From positions 30,628,001 to 30,692,000 of the forward strand of contig NC_043016.1 in NCBI RefSeq assembly GCF_006345805.1: DNA of 64,000 nt, read 5' to 3'. This DNA is from Octopus sinensis (taxonomy: Eukaryota). The position numbers and the translations under genes are program-made. The notes beneath the pieces were generated by a model. That model ran no database searches and was not told the DNA's origin. It worked only from the letters and a program-made list of their open reading frames with translations. Of the stretch, positions 49,355-60,332 are shown in pieces. Numbering within the stretch: position 1 is the stretch's first letter; each line of letters starts with the position of its first letter.

Positions 49355-51272
49355 AGCAATTAAGGGTATGAAGACAGGGAAAGCCCCTGGTCTATCAGGA
49401 ATCACCATTGAAATGCTTAAAATATTGTAAATCAGGGAGAGAGTTAACCTAGATGAGATGCAGTTTGGTTTTGTGCTAGGAAGAAGCACTACAGATGCTA
49501 TATTTCTGGTAAAGCAGCTGCAGGAGACATACATAGCCAAAGATAAACCTCTGTACTTGGTTTTTATTGACTTGAAGAAAGCTTTTGACAAGGTCCCCTG
49601 ATCCCTTATCTGGTGGTCAATGCAGAAATTAGGGATAGATGAGTGGTTGGTGAGAGCTGTACAAGCTATGCACAGGGATGCTACAAGTAAGGTGATGGTT
49701 GTCAATGAATACAGTGAAGAATTCAGGTACAAGTAGGAATTCACAAAGGATCAGTGCTCAGCCCCCTCTTGTTCATCATAGTTCTCCAGACAATAATGGA
49801 GGAATCTAAGACAGGCTGCCCCCGGGAGCTCCTCTATGCTTATGATCTTGCTCTTATAGCTGAATCACTACCAGAACTACAGAAGAAGTTCCAAGTATCG
49901 AAGCAATGACTAGAATCGAAGGGCTTTAGGGTTAACCTAGCAAAAACCAAAGTCTTAGTAAGTAGGAAGGCAGACAAATCACAAGTCCTTTCAGGTAAAT
50001 GGCCCTGCTCAATCTGTAGAAAAGGCATAAGTAGAAACTCCATAAGATGCATCCAGTGTAAGCTTTGGATACATAAAAGGTGCAACAATATCAGAGGAAG
50101 GTTAACAGAGTAACTAGCTTTGTATGTGGAAGATGCACAGGTACAATAAACACTGAAAATGGGCAGAAAATAGACTCCATCAACTGCCAGGAGGGGGTGG
50201 TACGAACTAGAGATAGTAGATAGCTTCTGTTATCTAGGTGACCAAATTAGTAGTGGAGTTGGATGCTCCAAGAGCGTAGCTGTGAGAATAAGATTAGGCT
50301 AGGCAAAGTTCAGAGAGTTCTTACCTCTACTGGCAACAAAGGGCCTCTCATAGTGAAAGACAGACTATGATGCCTGTGTGCAAACAGCCATGCTACATGG
50401 CAGTGAAACATGGGCTGTGACAGCTGAGGACATGTGTAGGCTTGAAAGAGATAAAGCCAGTATGCTTCACTGGATGTGCAATGTCAGTATGCATGTTCAA
50501 GAGAGTACAAACATCTTGAGAGAAAGTTAGACATAAGAGGCATCAGATGTGGTGTGCAAGAGAGACAACTGCACTAGTATGGTCATGTGATGCATATGGA
50601 TGAGGGCAGCTGTGTAAAGAAGTGCCGATCTCTAAATGCGGAGGGAACCTATGGTAGAGGTACACCTAGATAGACATGAGACAAAGTGGCGAAGCATGAT
50701 CTTCGAACTTTGAACTTCACAGAGGCAATGACTAGGTACTGAGACCCTTAGTGATATCCTGTGCTGGAGAAGACCCATCAAACCAAGTGAAATCATTGTC
50801 ATGGCTGGTGTTGGTGGCACCCATGCTGGTGGTATGAAAAGAGCACCCGTTGAGCATTGGGCCTCACAGAAGCAAAGTGGCTGAGTTCCTTTCAAGCACT
50901 GGGCCTCTTGGAGACAAAGTGCCCAAGTTCCTTTGAGCATTGGGCCTCCTGGAGGCAAAATGGCTGAGTTCATTTCGAGTGTTGGGCCTCACTGAGGCAA
51001 TGACCGAGACCTTTGGCATTATGTCATGCGTGAGAAGAAGACCCATCTAGCTGAGCAAAATCGCAGTTGTGGCAGATACCAGTGTCACATAAATGGCACC
51101 CATGTTTGTGGAATGTAACAGCACCCATTACACTCTCAGAGTGGTTAGCATTAAGAAGGGTATCCAGCTGAAGAAAACTATGCCAAATCAGACTAGAGTC
51201 TAATGCAGCCTTCCAAACTGTCCACCTCATGATAATGAATGTTAAATGAGGATGAAGATGAGTCCAAAATAG
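49355..51272 (+). mobile_element. RTE-clade LINE, 5'-truncated, decayed RT with an embedded Cys/His finger and 3' UTR
   Basis: AIKGMKTGKAPGLSGIT, QFGFVLGRSTTDAIF, LVFIDLKKAFDKVP, HKGSVLSPLLF, ELLYAYDL (YADD), then CSICRKG..NSIRCIQCKLWIHKRC...CGRC; stops and frameshifts; ATG-like tail. Confidence 0.93.
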
Positions 51273-51717
51273 AAAATAGTGCTCATAGCTTTGTCAAGTG
51301 TTAAGACCTGTGCGATTGATATAGTAGATGCTTGGTTTGGAATGAGTAGGTTGGTGTCTGTAGCAAAGATATGAAGAACACTGATACGGCTTTTGCAAAT
51401 AATTTCTCAAGAAACCATGAACCTGGTGTTTGATGTAGAATTGTGGATCTTTGGAAGAATTTGTTCTATGCAAATTATATTGGTTGTCAGAGAGTAACAA
51501 AAAATTCTAAAACTATAAAAGGAAATTGATATTTTAGAATATTCTAACAACTTTTAAGATGTTTCAAATACATAGCCAGGTCCTACAAGATGGCTCTAAA
51601 ATCCAAAAGGAGAGATACGGGAAGGATTTTGACAAATGTAGGACTCAACCAGCTATGAAGTAGACAGTTCCATGGTGTAAGGAGGAACACTGCTAGAACT
51701 AGTTATTTGTTATTTCG

Positions 51718-51955
51718 AAGGCGGTGAGCTGGCAGAAACGTTAGCACGCCAGGCGAAATGCTTAGGGGTATTTTGTCTGCCGCTACGTTCTGAGTTCAAA
51801 TTCCACCAAGGTCAACTTTGCCTTTCATCCTTTTGGGATCAATTAAATAAGTACCAGTTACACACTGGGGTCAATATAATCAACTTAATCCGTTTGTCTG
51901 TCCTTGTTTGTCCCCTCTGTGTGTAGCCCCTTGTGGGCAGTAAAGAAATAAGAAC
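51718..51955 (+). mobile_element. SINE family B
   Basis: gaaggcggtgagctggcagaa head, ttctgagttcaaattcc B-box, gcctttcatcc...agtaccag core; near-TSD agaact.gttatttgt. Confidence 0.92.
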
Positions 51956-52499
51956 TTGTTATTTGTGGCCTAAGAGGGTGATTTTAGTCACTCATTTAAC
52001 TGTTTCAAATGGGTCAGGTATGAAATGTAATATTTGAAGTACTAAAAAAATCTAACAAGCAGAAGATTCCAAAAGTGTAGAAAAATATATATTGTGAAAT
52101 CAAATAAATACTGACCGACTGAGCAGATATAATACAAAAAGAACAAAGGAAGAAACTATACACACTGATTAATATGTATTGCAACTCAAACAAAAATGTA
52201 TCTTTAAAAGAAACATCAGCTTTCAAAATATAAAAATTTAGAGATAACACACAGTAATAGGTGAAATGAAGAAGGCCATTTGTTTAATTAATGCTAACAG
52301 AGCATTTTCATTATTCAGGTTTAAGCTAGGCTGAATCAAATAACGTGCAAAATTTACTTATATTGTTCTTGTAATGAACCATTTGTCCAATCTAGTAAAA
52401 AGTATTTACTGCTAATTCTTAATAGTCTGTCAAATAATATTTCTGATCGAGATAACTATCATGGACCAAGCATTACTATGATGGTTTGATGGAACCTTC

Positions 52500-53110
52500 A
52501 GCAAATACTCATCGAAATTTCTAAATGATGGACTGTAATGTTTCATGCTGACTCTGCACAGTTCTTTCTGCTGCATCTCTAGATTTTGGACTGTAGGTAG
52601 GACTTTCAATCTTCATGTAATGATGTCACTTTAACTAATTCTTTAATCAAATGACTTCTAGGCCAGCGTCTGATAGCAATGGAATTGGAACACCAAGGTG
52701 GCAAGCTGGCAGAATCATTAGCACACTGGATGAAATGCTTAGCAGTATTTCGTCTGCCGCTACTTTCTGAGTTCAAATTCCGCCGAGGTCGACTTTGCCT
52801 TTCATCCTTTCAGGGTCGATTAAATAAGTACCAGTTACGCACGGGGGTCGATATAATCGACTTAATCCGTTTGTCTGTCCTTGTTTGTCCTCTCTGTGTT
52901 TAGCCCCCTGTGGGTAGTAAAGAAATAGGTATTGGAACACCAAACCTAGAGAACATGGATCATTGACATTTTCTCACATTTTCTAAGCTTCCACTGGAAT
53001 AGGAAAATGGTTTCAGTACAAGAATTGGCTGAGTCAAATGTGATCAACACATTTTCAGCCTTTTATAGTTATTCCCATCGAATTTGAAGTCTTTCTAAGA
53101 ACTGGATTCA
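52500..53110 (-). mobile_element. Gypsy/Ty3 LTR-retrotransposon integrase core relic, interrupted by a SINE
   Basis: RFGVP | LLSDAG ... SPTYSPKSRDAAERTVQ mirrors the RFGVP..I.SDNG...PY.P.SNG.AER.VQ integrase signature; many stops. Confidence 0.6.
52697..52930 (+). mobile_element. SINE family B with a 13-bp TSD
   Basis: attggaacaccaa at 52684-52696 and 52931-52943. Confidence 0.93.
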
Positions 53111-53726
53111 GACAACTTATCAGTACAGGATTTAGCATGACACAGAATGCAACATGGCTGGCCATTTGAATTACAAGAACAGCTCATTTTGCCACCTGAA
53201 CTGGAGCAATGAGAAATAAAGTGTCTTGCTCAAGGATATAACATACTACTGAGAATGTATGAGCATGAGCCAAATACCTTGGCCACTAAACCACATAACA
53301 TTTCAATAGATAGACATTATATGCATAATTACCTAACATATCACTCTTCTAGAAAAGGCCTGGAAAGGCTACAGGGGTACTTCTGCTTCTCAGACTTAAA
53401 AAAAGGCATCCGGTTTAACCTTCCGTCTACCAAATGGTCCAATGGACCCATTTCAGCTGTTTTGGTTGCTTTCTCTTGCTGTTTACATTATTTGATTCTG
53501 CTGATTTCTCGTGACTTTTATTGTTTTCTTGGCTCTCTTTTATTTGTCAAATGGGAAATTTTCCATATATTTATAAAAGCTAAAAAATGTCACTTTATAT
53601 ATTAATTATCGTATGGGTTCACTGAACCTTCAAATTAAATTCAGACAATATTCTTGTCATTCTAAACAGAATAAAAGTAGTATCAAATATTTTCATAGAT
53701 ATTTATCAGATATAAAATAGAAGGAA

Positions 53727-53960
53727 GGCGGCAAGCTGGCAGAAGCGTTAACACGACGGGCGAAATGCTTAGCGGTATTTCGTCTGCCGCTGCGTTCTGA
53801 GTTCAAATTCCGCTGAGGTCAACTTTGCCTTTCATCCTTTCGCGGTCAATTAAATAAGTGCCAGTTACGCACTGGGGTCGATATAATTGACTTAATCTAT
53901 TTGTCTGTCCTTGTTTGTCCCCTCTGTGTGTAGCCCCTTGTGGGCAGTAAAGAAATAAGA
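53727..53960 (+). mobile_element. SINE family B inserted in the piggyBac 5' non-coding region
   Basis: Family-B consensus match. Confidence 0.92.
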
Positions 53961-54174
53961 TAAAATTGTATTCAATTTATTTACTGAATTTTAGATAAAA
54001 CAGGAAAAATTATCACTTTCAATCTGCTAAGTTATAGAGTAATGCAATATTTCTGTGATGATACAATTCTTACAATATATTGCATCATCTTTCAGGAGAG
54101 TATAAATATGTAATGAGCAATATCTGCCTTTAGTCTGCTATCAACTTTCCTATAGTTCAGTTGTGCTTTCCAAT

Positions 54175-55877
54175 ATGCCTAGACATGAAAACCTGAATGA
54201 AGACCAAATATCAAAAAGGTTAGTAGAATTAGATGAAGAATGAGAAGATAGTTGTGATTCCTTCTATTGTTCTGAAGGTGATGGTGAAAGTGATTGTGTG
54301 CTAGACAGTTTACATTCTATGTCATCAGATGATGAAGATACTCAAAAACAATTATCTGCAGGCCACCCAGTTATGAATGAGCAATGTTTCTACAAGAAGA
54401 CAAAAAGTTTGGCATTCTAATCCTCTTACTCAAGCAGCAGTAAGAACTTCATTTTGCAATATTGTGTGCCAAGAATGTGGACCACCCTGTTTTGCTAAAA
54501 GGTCTTGCAATAGCATTGAAACATGTTTTACTTTCTTTATGCACCAGAATCTTGAAACAATTCGTAAATGGACAAATGTTGAAGGTCAGGTTGTTTACAA
54601 AGATAAATGGAAGGAAATTGGTCACTCTGAATTAAAGAAATTTATTGGACTGATTATTCTTATAGATGTTTATAAGTCTAAACATGAAAATGTCACAGAG
54701 TTATGGAGTCAAGAAGATGGCTGCCCAGTATTCAACAAAATTATGAGCCAGGGAAGATTTCAACAAATGTTACAAGTATTGCATTTGATGATGCTAGTGC
54801 AAGAAGGAAAAAGAGAAGTGATGATAAATTGGAGCCCATAAGAGAAGTATTTGAAATGTGGAATCAGAATTTCTAAGATGGATATGTTCCAAGTTCATGC
54901 ATGACAGTTGACGAACAATTAGTTTCATTCAGAGGGCGCTGCCCATTCCGAGTATATATTCCTTCAAAACCAAGGAAATATGGAATTAAAATTTGGACAA
55001 TATGTGACAATGAAACATCTTATACATAGAAAATGCAAATCTACACTGGAAAAGACCCAGTAAAAGGGAGGGAGACAAAACAAGGTTCAAAAGTTGTTGA
55101 AGACCTAGTAAAAGAACTTGAAAATACTGGTTGCAATATAACTTGTGATAATTTCTTTTACAAGTCTAGGGTTGGCTTGAAAGCTGCTTAGCAAGAAAAC
55201 TACTTTAGTTGGAACAATTAGAAAGAACAGAGTTGAACTTCCAAGTGCTTTCACAAATGGAAAGAAAGAGAAATCAACAGCACAATATTTGGATTTCAAA
55301 AGGATTCTATGATCCTATCTTATTGTCCCATGAAAAGTTATGTAGTCACACTTATGAGTACAATGCACTCTCAGCCTTCAATTGATTCAAAAAGTGCTGA
55401 AAAGAAACTTGAAGTTATTGTATGTTACAACAAAACAAAAGAAGGAGTAGATACCCTAGATAAGATGGCAAGGACATACACTTGCAAAAGAATGACTCGA
55501 AGATGGCCTATGGTTATATTCTACAAAGTGATTGATATAAGTGCAGTGAATGCTTTCATTGTTGCTAAACAGCTTCCCTTGCAAAGTTTCAAGGATAAAA
55601 GACGACAGAGCCTAATTCTGTTTGGAAAGGAGCTTGCTGGAGCTGATGCTAAACAAAAACATGACAAACAATCTTCTAGTTCTGCTAAACTTTCTCAACC
55701 AAACAAGAAAAGAAGATGATCTTCAACCTCATTTGAGATTCCTCAGCCAAAAAAGGAAGATGTTCTTTGGCTCCTCAAAAAGACAAGAAAACTTGTATTA
55801 CATGTAAGAATTGTAATATCCCTGTTTGCCAAGAACATTCCAATGTTGTCTGCATTCACTGCCATGAAGAGCTATAA
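54175..55877 (+). pseudogene. piggyBac transposase pseudogene
   Basis: MTVDEQLVSFRGRCPFRVYIPSKP.KYGIKIW, ITCDNFFTS, YNKTKEGVDTLD, RRWPMVIFY, C-terminal Cys-rich domain C..C...VC..H...C..C; in-frame stops near 54241, 54875 and 55027, plus frameshifts. Confidence 0.93.
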
Positions 55878-57009
55878 TTCTGTAAGCTGTATTTTTTTAA
55901 TCAAAATTTGTGAGAAACAATAATTCTTCATTCACCTGATAGCATATATATTGTAGCTAAGAAATAATGGTAGTTTGAATAAAATTTAATTAAAAGAAAT
56001 ATATATTGGGTTCATTGGACCCAGTTGGTAATTAGTGACATACAAGACCAAGAGCTAATTATCTATAACCATCATAAGCATACAGAAAATCATAATACCA
56101 AGTATGAGAGAAATAATGGAAATATTCTAGGATCCGGTAGTCCTTTAAAGGCAAAGCAATTTTGTAAATATCTTCTTCCAAATCCTACTTGCAAACAAAA
56201 CAGAAAATGTCAAACCTTTGGCTAAAGCTATATCTGCTACTTCTGTCCACCTTCCCATAAAATTTGTCCATTGTCAGGATGTCTCCTGGTGCTTTTACAT
56301 TTTACATCAGGTGATAATTGACGAAGTGGATGATAGATTTATTTTTAAAAAAACAAATAAACCTTACCTCAGCCATTTTAATCTTGCCAATTACACAACT
56401 TTTTGCTTTATTAACCAGGCAGAGAAAAGCTGGCTCAACCCGAGTCAAGAAGGATCCTCTATTTGATTCATGCAATCTTATAGCAATGGCAACCAAAACT
56501 TTCAAATCATGCCTTACTGCTACTTGAAGAAAAAAAATTTCATATTAGACAATGTAATCTGAGAAAGCTAGAATGCCTTTAATCATAGGTCTGTCCTACC
56601 AAGAATGGCTTGGAATTGAAGAACAATATCCTTAACCTTCATAATAATTATAAAATGTGGAATGGTTTTGAGAATAGACACAACTGAAATTGTTATACAT
56701 TTATTTCATAAAATTAACTATTTCATAAAGGATACACAGGGACTGATTGCCAGGTGTTGGATGCACATTAATAACATCTGGCTATTTGTAATTTCACACA
56801 TATATATGCAGCCTTTATATGGTCATTCAACATACTAGGAATAGTAGCCAAGATCCTCAAATCACACTGTACTATCTTTTGTGTAAGGATAAATTGGACA
56901 ATATATTTCTAAACATACAAAAGGACAGTATGGTAATTTGTGAATGAATTTGGTAGATGGAAACTGTGTGGAAACCTGTCACACACACATATATATACAC
57001 ACACACACA

Positions 57010-57884
57010 CAGTGGATGCAATGGGTAAATTGTCACAATTTTATATTTTTAATTTTGCACATGTGCATTATTTGTTTTTGATTTTTTTGACTACAGAGTA
57101 TAGTAGGATTAGTTGGGTACCAACTATGAAAAAAACATCACCATAACGCATTTCACTCTGCCAGAGATTTGGAAATGACATGATGTACTGTTTGGCATTC
57201 ATACTGGAAGCTCCAATTCAAACATTTCAGAGTGCTTAGGTGTCGATCTGCAAACAGTGCAATCTGAGGACGTACCGAGAGTGATAAAAATCAAACTTCC
57301 AGTCACCATCATGATGTTTTGAGTTATCACTAGTGATGACAACGTTATGCCTCCATTCATCTTCCAACATAACCTCAGACTCAACACGAAGGCCTACATC
57401 AAGCGCCTGGAGGAGGCAGTGCTACCCTGGGTCAAAAGGGTGACTGCTGGAAGACCCTGTGTCTGGCAATAGGACTCTGTACCATACCACACAAGCAGGA
57501 GAATCCAGTCATGGCTGTCAGACAATTTCTGTGACCATATCACTCCTAACATCTGGCCACCTAACTCCCTAGATTGCAACCCTCTTGATTATTATGTATG
57601 GGGCACAGTTGAGCAAGAGACCAACAAAACTCCTTGTAACACCAAAGATGAACTGATGACAGCATTCACTAACTTAAACAAGGAGATTGTCCAGAAGAGT
57701 GGCAGGAGATTCTGAAGTCGTCTGGAGGCCAGGGTTAAAGGCAATGGCTATTTTATTGAATAAATTTACTCTTTAGTATTTCAAGATATTTTTATGCAAT
57801 TTTGGTAAATATATCTGTTAAAATGAGATGTCAGTATTATTTTTTATCTCTGCGTAATTTAGACAGTTTATTCACAACACCCTA
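57010..57884 (+). mobile_element. internally deleted DD37D (maT-type) Tc1/mariner element, copy 2
   Basis: WQ*DSVPYHTSRRIQSWLSDNFCDHITPNIWPPNSLDCNPLDYYVW (37-aa D-D spacing); imperfect TIRs cagtggatgcaatgggtaaattgtc / gacagtttattcacaacaccct. Confidence 0.88.
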
Positions 57885-58016
57885 TATGTATGTACATATA
57901 TGTGTGTGTGTGTGTCTGTGTGTAAGTATAAAATGTATATATGTGTGTATATATTTTTGTATATATATGTATATATACTTGTGTGTGTATGTATATATAT
58001 ACATACATAAATAAAT

Positions 58017-58047
<31 letters not shown>

Positions 58048-58431
58048 GTTTCAGAAAAAGAGACTGACAAAATAAGTTCTAGACATAGAAAAATAGGTAC
58101 TGGTGCCAATTTGTTGTGCTCCAGTATGACCACAGTTCAGAGATGGAAACAAGTAAAAGACAGAAGAGTTCTGGAAGTTGCACTTCCTGATCTCAGATAT
58201 ACGTAATTATTAAAACTTGGTAACATACAAACTACAAAAGCCCACAACTCATGCAACAAGCTTTGATATTACAATGTCCAGATTCAGATTCCACCAAGGT
58301 CGACCTTACCATTTGTTCTTTTGAGATTGATAAAATAAGAATCAGCTCTGTACTGGGATCAATACAATCGACTTACCCCCTCCCCAAAATTGCTGGCCTT
58401 GTGTCAAAATTTGAAACTGATATTACAATAC

Positions 58432-58739
58432 TCTTTTACTCTTTTACTTGTTTCAGTCATTTGACTGTGGCCATGTTGGAGCACCGCCTTTAGTCGAGCA
58501 AATCAACCCCAGGACTTATTCTTTGTAATCCTAGTACTTATTCTATCAGTCTCTTTTGCTGAACCGCTAAGTTACGGCGATGTAAACATACCACCATCGG
58601 TTGTCAAGTGATGTTGGGGGGGGGACAAACACAAACATATACACACACAAACACACATACATATATATACATATATTATATATATATTATATATATATAT
58701 ATAATATATATATATGTATGTGTGTGTGTGTGTGTATAT

Positions 58740-58772
<33 letters not shown>

Positions 58773-58940
58773 CATATACACAATGGGCTTCTTTCAGTTT
58801 CCATCTACCAAATCCACTCACCAGGCTTTGGTCAGTCCGAGGCTATAGTAGAAGATACTTTCCCAAGGTGCCACGCAGTGGGACTGAACCCGGAACCATG
58901 TGGTTGGTAAGCAAGCTACTTACAACACAGTCACACCTAT
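58432..58940 (-). mobile_element. SINE family A, full length
   Basis: Reverse complement of the family-A consensus with internal (TA/CA)n. Confidence 0.92.
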
Positions 58941-60332
58941 GCCTAGCAATGTCCATGAATTATCTTTACAATTTGAAAAAAAATCAGAAAAAAGAAAAAA
59001 TAAGGATAACTCAGCAGAGTTTATTGGAAAACATGAAAAATTCTTCGTGGTGGTGTTCCAGCTTGGTCGCCACAGTCTAATGATTGAAGCAAAAATAAAA
59101 GATAAGGGTAACAGAATTTTATAACAAATGCTCTTAACTTCTTTGATGCTCCTCCTGACATAACACACCACTTAACTAATGACCCTTTCTGGATGCCATT
59201 GTTTGTATTACTATAATTTAAATGCTGTCCTCTTTTTGCTTGGACAGTCATCTACTTCACTCATTTCTTGTCTTACCTTAGTTAGTATTAACTCATGCCA
59301 CAATAATTTACCTTGCCTACATAATTGCTGTTCTTTTGATCAGTTTACTCTGTACCTTTCTAAAGGCATGTCAAAAATGATTGATTTCTCGCTACAACGC
59401 TCTAAGCCACTCCCAGATGTATGTAGAAACATATGCGGGTATTTTGGAAATACGTCACAGAATGATGACTGTGTCCTGCATGCTTACAGGCTACCTTTGG
59501 CAAGACATAGCCACCCAGCCAGGAATATGATAAAAGTCGTGGACTACAAGGCAGATTGCGAAGAGGTAGTGCAAGAGTTCCACTGAGCCAACAACGGTGC
59601 TTCTTACATTGATGCTGAGCAGTGGAATCCTAGAAGATCAACAGTCAGGATCACCAATCTCTGTCAAGAGAGAGTAATGCACTCATAGCACTGCATGCAC
59701 CCATAGCAGTGGAGTCCATGGTTGTGTAATCATATTCACGATGACTCAAGCTCCCAGTTCAAATTCATAATAATGGATGGAATTGACGGTGTCAGTGAGT
59801 CATGGAAATCTGTAAAAGCACTGAAACGAGAAATTCCTCCTAATACTCTTTACTCTGACATTCGAAACTCTGAGTACTATAATGACAACTTACTGATTGT
59901 CCTAAATTATACATATATAAATAATCCTCTATTTACCTTATATCGAGGTCTCATTCTTTTGTTGTCACTTATTATTATTATTATTATTATTATTATTGCA
60001 TAATTTCAAAGGTCATGATGAGACAACAGAGTTGGATTACATTTAGTGTTGCCTGAAATCATATAATCATTTTATGTATTGATACCATCATGTTAAAATT
60101 TTTTACTCGTGTGTTATCGAAATAACTGTAACCAGATAATTTATATAGGACACCGATATCATCATTCTTGTACTCATTTTATATGTTTTACATTCCTTTC
60201 TGCACTTGAGATGGTTTTCAACATGTTCACTGGATTAAAAGATTTCTGTAACTGGTAACAACAAGATTGATAGGTAATGCATCCCTCATTCTATGTCTGT
60301 TTACAAGCTAAGCAATAAGTGTAGACAGAACA

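Larger units (their letters stand above)
53419..56030 (+). mobile_element. piggyBac (PGBD4-like) DNA transposon, near full length, dead
   Basis: TTAA at 53415-53418 then TIR ccttccgtctaccaaatggtccaatggaccc; partial inverted copy gggttcattggacccagttggta at ~56008-56030; transposase relic 54175-55877. Confidence 0.9.

Noticed and set aside
54377-55719. 154-aa and 136-aa ORFs as a domesticated PGBD gene
   Set aside because: They are fragments of one transposase broken by multiple stops and frameshifts, within TIR-bearing element ends.
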